DNA of 59,689 nucleotides, the filler included, from Squatina squatina (Eukaryota): the NCBI GenBank assembly GCA_031763465.1. It is 4 parts of 4 records of this genome, joined end to end, with 100 filler letters (N's around TTAATTAATTAA, not from the genome) between each part and the next. Parts side by side here need not be neighbours in the genome. Positions count along the whole stretch, not along the records: positions 1 to 13,539 come from JARFOE010000121.1; 3 more parts are not named here. One strand, 5' to 3'. The notes under the pieces were generated by a model. That model was not told the DNA's origin. It did no database searches and was given only the letters and a program-made list of their open reading frames with translations. Position 1 is the stretch's first letter, and each line of letters starts with the position of its first letter. Shown piece after piece: positions 1 to 12,700 of the stretch. The translations under genes and the position numbers were made by a program.

Positions 1-1115
1 TGAAGGTGATGAAAAGCATTGAAAAATATAACAATTTGCTTGCTGTGATCATTCATAGTGATTCATTTTTATAAAGCTGGTTGGGAATGTGATTGATTCT
101 TTTAAGAAGAGGAACATTGAATATTGTTGGAACATCTTTAGAAGCATTGGAAATGTCAAACCCAACAAGGCAAGGATGCGAGAGGTAGGTTACGAAGATT
201 AATGTAATTGACTTTTGTGAAAAGACATGGAGAAACCTTTCCGCAGGAGACAAACTGGATTGGGTCAAATCTGTGCTGCAGCAGATTGTTGGGTTTGGAG
301 CACGGATTTCATGGGCTTGGTAGAGTTCATATTCATATTTTCTTATATGTTTTATTGAGGCTTTTTTGCTTAAGGAGTTGACTGGCGCAGCAGGGGAAGA
401 TTTTATCTGTGCGCAACCTGCAACAAAATCAAAATTGTTCTTGGGATGCGGGTGATGCTGGAAAGGCCACATTTGTTGCCCATCTTTCTGGCCCTCCCTT
501 TGAATACTGCAGTCCTTATGCTGATAGCATTCCCAAGATGGAGTTAGGCAGGGAACAAATCCAAGGCGTGATGATACGTAGCAGAGCTTTGAGTTGATGG
601 TGTTTATATAATTTTGCTGCTATTGTCCTTCCAGATGGAACCCAGCATTCAGCACTTCCGCTGGAAATCTGTTCCACGTATCTAGTATTTTGTGGAGGGG
701 AGGTAGCAATTTTTCAAATCTCTGGTTTCTTGTGTTGGTTGTTAATTTCAGGTGATCATAAATTAAACAACCTTATTGTATCCATATTGTCCATGTTGTT
801 CATCAGTTCTAAAACCTGGATCATAGTCTCACGGGATAGAAAACTTTGCTGTGGTTTCATTTGCTGCTTTCTTACAACAGGTAACCTTTTGACAGAAATT
901 CTGCAAAGTCTTTAAGAATGAGGCAATTAAAAGTGTCATGAAGTGAAGAAGTCAGCCGGCCATATTAGGAAGCTTTAAAGAGTCTTATCCAGTATAACAT
1001 GACAACTTGTAATCTTTTATCATCTTGAGAGCCATAAATAGCTTTCAGCCTAAAAATTATATTGACTCATGGGAAAGTTTATTTCTACATTTCAGTGACC
1101 TTTAATTGTACTTAC

Positions 1116-1272
1116 AGTTATTTCATTGCCATTAATGTTAAACCTTCCTGTCGAGTATGAGTCTAGCACCATACTGTAGTTCAGGATATTATTAGCTGCT
1201 GTTCTGTCATTATCCCAGCAGTTAAGTGACACAACTGGAGTACCTTCTGGGGAGGTTTCAGCAAGCTCAGTG
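1116..1272 (-). CDS. Internal exon of a cadherin-related (CDHR3/CDHR4-like) gene, N-terminal part of a cadherin repeat
   Basis: Minus strand: ttttctag acceptor, 157 nt, gtaagt donor. Encodes TELAETSPEGTPVVSLNCWDNDRTAANNILNYSMVLDSYSTGRFNINGNEIT, with cadherin E-x-x-P-x-G-T, DxD and Y-S motifs. The C-x-D-x-D form is recalled from CDHR3/CDHR4. Confidence 0.8.
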
Positions 1273-1436
1273 CTAGAAAATGAAATATGGATAAAACTTA
1301 AAGCGACTTCATAAATTCATTTTTTCAACGAGCAACATTGCATCTATGTATCTAACCCAAACATTAATTAAAACACATATCAGAACCAGAAAATAAGAAA
1401 AAGCAGCTCAGACAGGAAAAAAATGGTATAGTTGTG

Positions 1437-1618
1437 GGCGAGCCCAGAACTCGGGGCATAAATATACGATAGTCATGAATGAATCCAACAGGAGAAACGT
1501 CTTTACTCAGAGAGTGGTTAGAATGTGGAACAAGGTACCACAGGAGTAGTTGAGGCGAATAGCATAGATGCATTGAAGGGGGAGCTGGATAAACACATGA
1601 GGGAGAAAGGAATAGAGG
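1437..1618 (+). mobile_element. CR1 LINE 3' ORF2 fragment
   Basis: tttactcagagagtggttagaatgtggaac...gcattgaagggggagctggataaacacatg gives the typical CR1 ORF2 C-terminus (FTQRVVRMWN...LKGELDKHM). Confidence 0.85.
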
Positions 1619-2166
1619 NNNNNNNNNNNNNNNNNNNNNNNNNNNNNNNNNNNNNNNNNNNNNNNNNNNNNNNNNNNNNNNNNNNNNNNNNNNNNNNNNN
1701 NNNNNNNNNNNNNNNNNNTCTGACCCTGCCCATTTCCGCCTAGCAGTCAGCGTTAAAATCGCCTCTTGTGTATTAGCCCGTGCAAAGTAAACCAGCTGTG
1801 GGAGAGCCACCATTACTGTCTTGTTGCTCACGAAATGTCCGATTGCTGCCGTTTGCTGACTGGCATCAGATAAACTGATAGCTGTCCTCTATGCAAATGG
1901 ATCTTTGAACCCACAGTATTTCATGTGTTGACATACCATTGCTGCATTAAAGTCCATATAAATGCTTTACTTTAGCCTTTCTATGGAAAATTCACTTTTT
2001 TCCTGTTCAGTATTTGTTACTGTAATGCTGGTACCTATATAAACACTAAAAACACACCATCCTCTGTAGATATATGTATCGTGTTACTGTCTGTGTAGCC
2101 ATTTCTATCAACTGATCTGAAGTAGGCTTCTTGTATCAACTAGAAGATTAAGTTTGCTTTACTTAC

Positions 2167-2282
2167 TTAAATACAGGTACTTCATCATTCAAATTATTAA
2201 CCATGATGGTCAGAGTTCCCTTGCAAGACTGCTGTGGAGCTGGATTTCCTTGGTCATTTACCACAATCTTTAATGTGAAAAG
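2167..2282 (-). CDS. Internal exon of the same CDHR3/CDHR4-like cadherin, C-terminal part of a cadherin repeat
   Basis: Minus strand: ttgtacag acceptor, 116 nt, gtaagt donor. Encodes LFTLKIVVNDQGNPAPQQSCKGTLTIMVNNLNDEVPVF, ending in the cadherin Ca-binding linker N-x-N-D-E-x-P-x-F (recalled human CDHR3: VNLNDEVPRF). Confidence 0.85.
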
Positions 2283-2824
2283 CTGTACAAGCCAATAGTA
2301 AAACATTAAACAATGCATTTGTTTTTTACAATCTGCTTTTCTGACATTATTCAGTGCATCTGTTCTATCAATGAGACACGTTTTAAATTTACAGAAATCA
2401 AACGTATGATCAATCTCGGTGGTCAACAGTCATCATTGTTGGGGAATGGAAGGTTTCTGCACCTTGGGCTCCCAATTGGGTTGCCCTGCGTTTGAAACTT
2501 AAGCACCCAAACAAAAGTCATATTTACACTGTATTTGCGCTGGTAATTTAAGTATGGGAATTGGTCTCTTTGAAAAAAATTTTCAGACGGTGTCTTGACC
2601 CAGTTCAAATCCAATGTAAGTTGGTGCTGGACTGGCCTAAGTAGGGAGTAAGAGGTTTCATGAGACCAAGTCCTTGAACTAGCTGATCACAATCACTCAG
2701 TTTGAAGCCCAGCTCAGCCCATAAAGCGGATGTTTGCTGACAGAAAATCACTGCCTCGGTCAGTGGGCATTTGTGACAGATTGGTGCAAAGAGTTCTTTG
2801 CAGCTTCTTTTACTGCTGCAAAGA

Positions 2825-3067
2825 ATGGCTGGTGGTGCAAGAGGGGTTAGGGGTCAGAACTTTGCAGACGCCGCAGTGGATACACTGGTGACCGCAATGG
2901 AGAGGAGGGCCGCCATGATTGTTCCATCAGCTGGGAGGAGAGGCTCTGCTCAGCTTCTCAGGGGGCTTTGGCGACACATAGCAAGGGAAGTCTCTGCCTC
3001 AGATGTAGTCCCAAGGACATGCCCGCAGGGTCAGGACAACTTCAACGACCTTACTCGTGTCTTGAGT
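2825..3067 (+). mobile_element. Degenerate PIF/Harbinger transposon ORF1, Myb/SANT-like (NAIF1/MSANTD-type) DNA-binding exon
   Basis: MAGGARGVRGQNFADAAVDTLVTAMERRAAMIVPSAGRRGSAQLLRGLWRHIAREVSASDVVPRTCPQGQDNFNDLTRVLS followed by gtgagt. The F...L...W-x-x-I-A-x-x-V...R-T...F-N-D-L pattern fits Myb/SANT-like trihelix domains. GC-rich sequence continues to 3460. Confidence 0.75.
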
Positions 3068-5110
3068 GTGAGTGCAATGATGCCTACAATGCTGAGGTGA
3101 CACTGTTGTGAGTGCAATGGTTTGAAATAATCTATTAAATGATGCCACTGTTGCAGTGGCAGTCACTATCTTTGAGACAGATAGCACACCTTCATTTTGA
3201 GGACTATCCTGAACATATGTAGAAAGCATGGTCCCTAAGGCACTTGTGCTATTGTGTGCAGGCCAAGCTGGCACGGGACATTGCTGAATGACAGAGGACT
3301 GCAGGAGGGCATGCCGACATCATCCCACTGTCGCACATATCTCCCCCTAGGGCCGCACCCTCGCTGCCGTCCAGAATGACCTTCAATCCGCCTTGACTGC
3401 TGATGCTGCCCTGGATCTGGCACCAAGCCACATTTTCTCCTGCGTGGCCATGCCCATCATNNNNNNNNNNNNNNNNNNNNNNNNNNNNNNNNNNNNNNNN
3501 NNNNNNNNNNNNNNNNNNNNNNNNNNNNNNNNNNNNNNNNNNNNNNNNNNNNNNNNNNNNCACCTCTGGGGGGCACTAAAGCTGGAATCTGCAGGGCGAA
3601 GCATCCATCTCGCCTGCCGTGGAATTCCCCGGGGTTCCCGGAGGCGCAACAACCTTTGCGCCTCTGCCAGGTAATTCTGCGAGGGATGGGTGCGCCACAT
3701 CATCAGACAGCGCACCAACCCCGCAAAGCCCCGCCGCAATCCCTCCTGGTGCTCGGAGCGCTGCCAGTGTGCCCGCGGGCAGAATTCGTCCACGGGACGC
3801 AAGGGCCACAGCTGTGGTTGGCAACAGGCCAAGGTTTTCCCCCTTGATTAGCAGTGCACCTCAGTATAGAAACATGACATCTTACCGCAGCCCCCTTTCC
3901 AGTTAATTTTTACTATTAATTATACTAAGCCAACATTGTGCGAGGTATGCAGATTGAGCTGCTGCCTGAGTAAATATTTAGCCAGAAACGATCTGTATTA
4001 AAAAGAGCTCCGCTCATATTTAAACCGAGAAGTGGTTCCACTAGAGACCTCAAGGGGTTATTTGAATTGAAGGAGAACAAACGATGTCAGAGAACTTTAA
4101 CAATGATATTCTGGGCATCTATCCAGTCTACACAGTAATACTTTCTACAATGTATTTTCAAAGGTGTGCTTTTATTAGTTTCTGTGTATATATATTTTAT
4201 ATTTTCTTACGATCAAACTCCATCTTCGTTTCCTTTGGATAACTGAGACAAGAGCCAAGAAGCGCATGATTGGTCAATGCAGTAGAGTTAAATGTGCTGT
4301 GTTCCAACACTGCACAGTATGCAATAAATTATAGCATGAGAGGCCTATGATTCCAAGACTAGTACCTTTTAGTAAAAGCTGCTGATTCATTTTAACTAAA
4401 GACATTTTAGAATTCATGCTGGGGTGCTGTCAGACTAAAGGTGCTGTGTTCATGTCTCCGATGCATNNNNNNNNNNNNNNNNNNNNNNNNNNNNNNNNNN
4501 NNNNNNNNNNNNNNNNNNNNNNNNNNNNNNNNNNNNNNNNNNNNNNNNNNNNNNNNNNNNNNNNNNGTCTAAGCAGCAATCAGATTGAAGAATTCTCACA
4601 AACAGCAAACCAGAAAATAAAAAGCAGCTTTAATCATTCACTTTTAAAAATTTTACGGAGAGCGAAATAAAGATAGAAGCTGAAATATCATAAACGAACT
4701 TTTAAAAAAGTGCAAAATCTGGTAATTGTTTATCATAATGGAGAAATCTGACATTCCACAAATATCTAATTAGTTTTTCAGGGCCAGAATGGTTGTTCAG
4801 CAGTTAATACATGTTAAAAACCCAGTTACACCTCATTTAGCAAGGCCTAACTTTTTATCAGGTTTTTAAACAGTGATATTAAAGCGGAAAACGGGACGTT
4901 TTCATCAGTTCAAGTGATTTTACAGATTACCAGTTCTGGGGCGTTCCACAGCGTAGCCTGTGGTGGAGCAGGGAATGACTGACCACATCTTCTGGATTTA
5001 CACATTTTTCTGCGCATCCACTAAATCCTGAAGTTACGTCAGTTTCAGAGGGCCAATGACCTCGAATGCTGACAGTTTCACCGTCACTGCCACCGCAAAA
5101 TCTGGACCTA

Positions 5111-5380
5111 GTCTTTGAACTCTCCAGTATATCGCCCCTTTGTAGAACTGTAATATTACCTGTGATGAATACTACCACTCCCCTATCCCTCCTTCCCTAT
5201 CCCCTTTCCTTCCCTATCCCTCCTGAATAAGTAGTAGCCAGGAATGTTTAGTTTCCATTCCTGCCCATGTTTAAGCCAGGTCACTGTTGTTGCCACTATG
5301 TTATAACCCCATGTGGCAACTTGCATCTGCAGCTCTTCAATCTTATTTGCAACACTCCTCGCATTAACACACATGCATTC
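5111..5380 (-). mobile_element. CR1 LINE ORF2 N-terminal AP-endonuclease fragment
   Basis: CMCVNARSVANKIEELQ...IVATTVTWLK...LNIPGYYLFRRDREGKG matches the APE NARS, ETW and GY..FRRDR motifs; the frame is disrupted. Confidence 0.9.
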
Positions 5381-5404
5381 CAAGGGATGAGTCTTGGTCA
5401 TGGT

Positions 5405-5563
5405 GCCAGGGAGAGCTCCCTACTTCCTTTCAGAATAGTGCCATGGGATCTTTTGCTTCTGCCTGCCTCGGTTTGACATCTCGTCTGAGGGGCGGCACCT
5501 CCAACAGTGCAGTTCTCCCTCAGTACTGCATTGACATTCAGCCTAGATTTTTGTGCCCAGGTC
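5405..5563 (-). mobile_element. Deu-domain SINE (SacSINE1-like) fragment
   Basis: Reverse complement contains gcagtactgagggagaactgcactgttggaggtgcc...aaaagatcccatggcactatt, the same core as 49445-49619. Confidence 0.8.
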
Positions 5564-6675
5564 NNNNNNNNNNNNNNNNNNNNNNNNNNNNNNNNNNNNN
5601 NNNNNNNNNNNNNNNNNNNNNNNNNNNNNNNNNNNNNNNNNNNNNNNNNNNNNNNNNNNNNNNTAAAAGCTATGAACTGTTAAATGTCTGATCCTGCAAC
5701 TCTTTGTTTATTAAGGTAAGTTTACAAAAGCCACGTGCGTAATTCCACGAGTTGGCTGTGATTACTTTTTTGTGGCATTGGGAAGGAAACAGCTGTGCCA
5801 AAGAGTTTGTGAAAGACTTGGATTTTTCCTGGAGTTACTGTTTATATTTTTGTACTTTCTCAGCTACTGGCATGTTTTGGTTGTTGGTTTAACATACCCC
5901 AGGGAAATCTGTTCTGCAGGCACCAGCTCCCACGATAACCTGCAAAGTTGGTTGCACTTTCTGAAAGTGACTCTGCTATTGATCTGCAAATGACATTGGC
6001 CTTTTATACTTGTGTTTTGCTGGTCCCTGGTGGAGAGATGAATATGCTGCTAACTTGGCTGATCATTAGGAATTTCATCTCCAAAGTAACATGCCTGAGG
6101 CTGAAGGGTTGGCAGATTTAACTGTTTAATATCAGGTGGAGTGGTGCAGCAATAAATTATGGACGGGGTTTGGAATTTTACGGTCCAATTAATACTATAT
6201 ATTTTGGCTTTAGATTCATTTATATTTGAAATGTTGTGTGTGTATGTATAAGGAAATTAGTTTCTGTTGTATTTCAAAACGGGATTTGGCATAGAACTGA
6301 TATATGTTTGTCCACCGAAATTGGCACTTAGAGTAGCAATAGGGGAAGACATAAAGGGGCCGAAATTCATTCACGCCCCGTTGGGGTGCTTATGGGGCGG
6401 GAGCCGGCATTTATCGTGCCCTGTCCCGCCCATCACAGAACTCTTTGCACCGGAGTTCGAGTGAGCCGCAGCACGTTCCCGGGCGGAACTGGGGCAGCTG
6501 GCCTTGTACGTCGTTGGCGTGGGCTGAGCATCACGCTAGTGACATCAGATGCACTGCATCAGCATGCTGCGCGCTNNNNNNNNNNNNNNNNNNNNNNNNN
6601 NNNNNNNNNNNNNNNNNNNNNNNNNNNNNNNNNNNNNNNNNNNNNNNNNNNNNNNNNNNNNNNNNNNNNNNNNNN

Positions 6676-6759
6676 TGATCTCATTGAATGGCGGAGCAGG
6701 CTCGAAGGGCCGAATGGCCTACTCCTGCTCCTATCTTTTATGTTTCTATGTTCCTATGT
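6676..6759 (+). mobile_element. CR1 3' terminus
   Basis: tgatctcattgaatggcggagcaggctcgaagggccgaatggcctactcctgctcct with a (ttctatg)n-like tail; near-identical inverted copy at 16356-16425. Confidence 0.85.
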
Positions 6760-9700
6760 ATTATCGATACCTTTGGTCAGTAAAATAGAATGTGAAGCTT
6801 TTGTGAGCATGAGTAGTTCTACTCTTACTTCAGTGAATTTGTAAAGGTCCACGTGATACATTAATCATTTCAGAAATTACAGTTTGAAGCAGAAATATCT
6901 ATTAGAAGGTAGTGATGGTTTGTCCAACATTTATCGAAATAGATCATCTACTGCAGTCTGATAGTAACTGCTTGTTGTTGGCTTTCTTTACTTGAATGCA
7001 TAGCTCTTGCATCATTTTCCAAGCCCTTGCTCAGGGAGTTTTCAGCTGTTTGTAAATGTAATCCTGAAACTCCCTCAGACAAAATAGAACTGTATAGTGT
7101 CGGCCAAACAGTCCTTAATATGTCAGGGAGCTCAAATTCCACTCTTGAACCGCCAAGAGCCCACTCAACCTAACAAATGGCTTTTTAAAAAAAAAACAAA
7201 TTGGCTAATTTAAAAATATTTTTTAAACCCTCCCAGCAGCAAATGTTAACATTCATAAATCATCTTGTCACTGCCGGCCTCAGCAATAAGTCATCCCCAA
7301 CAGGGAAGGATGCAGGGCTGGATCTGGTTCTCAGTAATCAAGCAACCTGAAATTAGGAAGACACTTGGGTAATAACCTGATTAGGTTCACCCTGAAAATA
7401 GATTAAAAAAAGGGAGAGTCTGAGATAAAGGTGTTGGACTGTAAATGAGCTCATGTTAATGGTATGAAAAGAAACCTAGTCAAGATGAATTGATTTGAGA
7501 AAATAAACGACAGACCANNNNNNNNNNNNNNNNNNNNNNNNNNNNNNNNNNNNNNNNNNNNNNNNNNNNNNNNNNNNNNNNNNNNNNNNNNNNNNNNNNN
7601 NNNNNNNNNNNNNNNNNTCTTGCCCTTGCCTTAAAGGAGCTGGTGTTTTACCCTGGGCGGTGCTCTCTGTCCTGCTCCTGTGTAAGGCGTTGATTGTATC
7701 TCTGCGAAGCACAGAGCACTGGGAGCACATTAAAAACAAAGTCACTGCCTGCTATATATTCAGAAACACACACTACTTCATTTCACATCCTGTTATGCCT
7801 TTTACTTTCCAACAGAATATTTCAGCGATGAGGATGTCATCTGATCATTATTTACAAGCAGCACATCATGTGTTTTGCTAATCATGCAATCCAGTGTGGG
7901 GTTAGCTGCAGGATTTGTGAAACAGGCAGTGGAGTAGATCTCACTGTGCTTCATGTAATTGGAGACCTACAGTTTGCTTTGGGTTATTCCCCAATCAGAG
8001 AGCATTTTGACTGCAGCCTTGCTATTTGCTCTGACAGTGAGGAGCATGAGCGTATGTTTCAGCTGTCACAGGGCCCTTNNNNNNNNNNTTCCAAATGAGG
8101 TGTTAAACAAACCATTTCATGGTCAGTCAATTGTTTGGCGTTAAACTGATTAACTTCAAAACAACTAGTCCTCAGTCATTCAAAACAGTTTGTTGCAGGA
8201 TACTCTCTGATTGATTGTAGGTAGGTACTGATTCTAAATTGTGTTGTGATTTAGAAATGTGTGTGTGGAAAAAGAAATGTATCATTAATGTACTCCAGAT
8301 AAGAAAATTTTGAAAAACAAGTTTGACTATTTAGTAATATTAAATGAGGGCTTTTGTTAGTATGTAAGGTAATAATAGTTCATATCTAACTATTCATTAG
8401 CAGTTTCACTTTTTAACATAGATTATTTTGAGAACAGTACAAGTCAGTATTCTTTGTGTTTTTAATTGTATTTATGCCATATAGACCAGACAAGTTCTAC
8501 CACAACTTCAAAATATAATGTAGAATAAATCTGAAATGTGAAGTGTATAGTGTTCAGATCAGGTTGTTGAAATTCGTTAAAATTATGTAACTAATATTTT
8601 TCAAGTGCGCTTATTAACCTATGATTTATAATTCATATGTTACAAAACCTATGTCGTGTTCCATGAATATTGCAAACCTCTGTAGTACAGCATACTTTCC
8701 ATATATTTAAATGTAGATTTTAGTTCTATATGTTGGTGTAATTCCATCACCCTGCAATCTCGAGCAGTTAGCATTACTGAATGGCAGAGAATGCCATCAT
8801 TCAAAATACTGTATCAGCTTCATTTGGCTTTGCACAGCAACAGTCAGAAGGACATTCTGAACTGAAGGACTGTCAGTTTTGATTCATATCCATATCATAA
8901 AATATAGCTCTTTCCAAACAATTTAGGTTTTTAAAAGATACCTATTTTGTCTTTTCTATAATTTTATGCTTTAAAAGTATTGATGAGGAGAGATTAATTA
9001 ATGGTTTTGCAATAAGACATCATTACAATACACAAGTACATTTTTACCATTTTAATTATGTGTAAATTGCACTAATTGACACTACCATTTTGATGGAGTG
9101 CATATTTCCATAGCGCATGAATAATATAATTTGTGCCATATGAGTATTGAATTTTGTGCTTTATATATATATATAATGTAACTGTTGGTGAGATACAATG
9201 GTTCTAATTCAATATGATGATGTCATTAATAGTGCAAGCAAAGCATGTGTAATTTTTAAACGTTAAGGCGATTAAATTACTGCCTTTAACTTACTACCAG
9301 ATGTTGGCTTGTATGATATGCGGTCTTCTGTTCATTTTTCCTTAAATTATTAGATGACAAGCACACAGTATGGGAGTGGTATGAATGAAAGAATAGTACA
9401 TAAAGCAGTGACATATGATCTAATGATACATGACGTCATATAACTGACGTAATTGTAATACAGGTACATTTTCTGATAGAATGCTGGAAGGTATTCTGCA
9501 CGGCATATGGTATAAGATTCTGCCACTCTGAGATTAATGCGTGTCTACTTCAGAACAAAATGTCCATTGTATCAATGCCTTGCCTTAACTCCTTGAGCAC
9601 CAAGCACGAAGACTGGAAGCAGCTATTAAATTTATGTGTTTTTAAGCGAGGGCTTCTCTAACAATTTGCAGTTCAGCTTTNNNNNNNNNNNNNNNNNNNN

Positions 9701-12700
9701 NNNNNNNNNNNNNNNNNNNNNNNNNNNNNNNNNNNNNNNNNNNNNNNNNNNNNNNNNNNNNNNNNNNNNNNNNNNNNNNNCAAGTTCCAATTTGTTCAAC
9801 TCAGGCAGGTAACCTCTGGCGGGAAGGACTGTTAGCAAATTTAACAATGTTCCTTTCAGTGCCTTGGAGATAAGGCTCCAGAGGGGTCCATATTCAGTCT
9901 CCAGTTGGCATTCACTGGGAAATATAACTAGGAAATGTTTCAACAGTGGCAGTCTAAGCATGAGAAGCTGGGAGCTAACTAACATTGTGATGCCATAAGT
10001 GGTGGTGCTGACCTGAGTCATGATACTGAGTTATACATGTGATTTGACTGCACTGTATCATGCCGTCACACCAGTCCCAAAGGTGACAGTCAATGCAGTG
10101 TCTGCCTCAGGAGTCTTCACCACTCATCAACAGAATGGTTGGCTTTCTAGCTTAGTTATGCTTATAATAAATTAACATTTTTCTTCTAACATAGATTTTG
10201 AGGTAAAATCTTTGTACAGTATAAATCAAATTTACAAATGGCATGTGGTTGGCCAGCTACAAAGGCAATGGTGTAACTATCTTCTGCATATACTTCTGAT
10301 TTTTTTTAGAAATAAATTCTCACACAAATTAATAGCAAAAGCATTTTGCACATCTCCTCATCATGTGGTTTCTCCAACTTGTCCTGGGCAAACATCGGCT
10401 GCATCGTATAACCGGTGAGAGTTGAACTGTTGGCTGTTTCACACTCTTGAAGCAAAACAGACCTTATCCAAACACATGCCAGCAGAGCAGTGACCTGCTA
10501 TCCAGCTGTGAAGAAAAGACAAAATACACTTTCAACAACACTTTCCCTTGACAGTTTACACAAAACATTGACAAAACTTTGAACACAACTGAGCCAGACT
10601 CTATCAATACCCAATATTGTCTGGCACATGGGGGGGTTTGTAACTGGTTTTAATAGAGCAGTTATATGGTTTGCAATGAGTAATATCCTGTGCTGTGGAG
10701 TGTTTGATGTGGCAAAGAGCTTTTGCCACCATAGAAAACATTAAAGTGTGTTATGGAAAGGAAATGCATAAAGCCGAATAAGTAAGAACTAATTAAAAGA
10801 CCATAGGGCTGACTTTAACCCTGCCCGTCCGGCAGAAACTGGTGGTCAGTTAAAATGGTCCGTACGACGTACCCGCACCGCTTCTGCTGCCTCCCTGCAG
10901 GTTGCAATCTTGACCCTGAGCAGGCGAGAGAGACATCCTGTCGGAAGGCAGTGCGGTCCTTCTTTAAATATGCAAATTGGCCTCTGATAATACCATCAGG
11001 GTCTGACTGCAATTGTGACTGGAGATCTGCGCGGGGAAAAGGTTGTGGCTTCCCCACCGAGGAGCCGGGGGCAGAAGAGGTCCGAAAAGTTAATTAAAAA
11101 AAATGTCTTTTTAGTTCTCAATTTATTGTTTATTTAGAAACTTAGGTGGTGTGTGCTCAGCTTGCTCTTTTAAAACAAACCCATAATAAAACAGTGATTA
11201 ACAAATTAGACTAAAACCGCAAAAACCCGCANNNNNNNNNNNNNNNNNNNNNNNNNNNNNNNNNNNNNNNNNNNNNNNNNNNNNNNNNNNNNNNNNNNNN
11301 NNNNNNNNNNNNNNNNNNNNNNNNNNNNNNNGTGAAGGGTTAGTTGTACAAGGGCAGCTTGAAAAGGATAAAGAGTGTGCTGGTGCCCAGGATGGGCAAG
11401 GAATTAAAGGAGGAGGGCATTACCTTGCCTGTGAAGTTAGAATCATAGAAAAGTACAGTGTAAAAAGGAGGCTATTTGGCCCTTTGTGCCTGTGCCAGCT
11501 CATTAAAGTTGTTGAACTTTTTGCGGCACTGGTCGGCAGTTCTGGGGGTGAAAGTTGGCACCCTGCCAGTGCCACCTTCCTCCAGTTGATACGAGTAACT
11601 GTTTTCCACATTCTGTTTCCTCAAGGAGGGCTAGGAGGTCCAAGGCAGAAAAGGTCTCTGTTCGCCTCCTGTGCCTGGGTTCCATACTTTGCTGCCTTGT
11701 TTGCTCCTGCTGTAGACTTGCTTGAAAAGTAAGTAAGATTGATGAGACACGCAGTGAAGTTATCTGAGAGCCAAGTGAGTGAGCCAAGCACTGCTACTTT
11801 CTTACTTGTTTGTCTAATATGATTAGATTAAGCTGACACCCTTTCCCCTGTATCAGAAAATGGGGTTTAACACGTGCGTGTGAATCATAAAAAATTGAAT
11901 CAAGTTTTTAATAAATGTTGTAATAACAAAATGACCTTCATAGAAATATGAAAAGTTTCAACTAGTCTGATCTGTAGAGCTGGCGAAAGGTTGTTTAAAT
12001 GGGATTATAACAATAGCAGATAAATGATGCAAAATCCTGCAATGTACAGCTGATTTACACAGGTGCAACTGAGAAATTTTGCTTATCATCCTATTACATC
12101 AATGGGATCGATTGGCATATTTGGTATGAGATGGACTAGAAAATTAAACAGAAGCTAGTTGGGCTCTTGGGAGCATTTATAAGGCAATGATCTAATTGAG
12201 GGGTTCAAATCATATCCTGAGTGAAATTTGAGATTAGAAACATCGTACAAACTCCACGGTTAGTTTATAGCTTTGCAGTCATATTTTTGTGCTAACAGTG
12301 GCTGCTACTGGGAATGCCAACTCTCAGTGCATGCTTGGTACTGGCTGATAAAGGGTAAACAGCTGTCGCTTTATTGTTGCAGATTGATAGAGAAATGGCC
12401 TGCTATGGATTGTACCACTTCTGTGTTCTGTAAAGTGAAAAGCATTGCAAAGCACATTGTTGTTTTTGAAGCAACCAAATGATCGACAATAATAGAGGTT
12501 GTGGAAATATCAATACAATGAATAGAGTCTTTATACGAGCACCCCACTTTTTCAAAATGACATCATGCATGCATGTTGTGCAGAATGACAGGTAGGCAGT
12601 GATTCATTGCAGTTAATATATTCTTCAGAGATGTGAAGCTAAGTGCTGTGCCCGAAAAATTTGACAAATGTTGCAGAGCAATCTCTAACTGAGCATGTTT

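Noticed and set aside
87-184. Plus-strand exon-like frame LVGNVIDSFKKRNIEYCWNIFRSIGNVKPNKARMRE with a gtaggt donor
   Set aside because: Weak acceptor, no recognisable protein, and antisense to the cadherin gene.
752-880. AG/GT-bounded open frame (DHKLNNLIVSILSMLFISSK...)
   Set aside because: No recognisable homology and no phase-compatible partner exon.
3561-3906. GC-rich block with overlapping ORFs on both strands, or a possible CpG-island promoter
   Set aside because: Composition and end motifs fit a Harbinger-type repeat; the ORFs follow from high GC content.
11626-11728. Exon-like segment ending in gtaagt
   Set aside because: No recognisable peptide in any frame, so it cannot be supported without RNA data.
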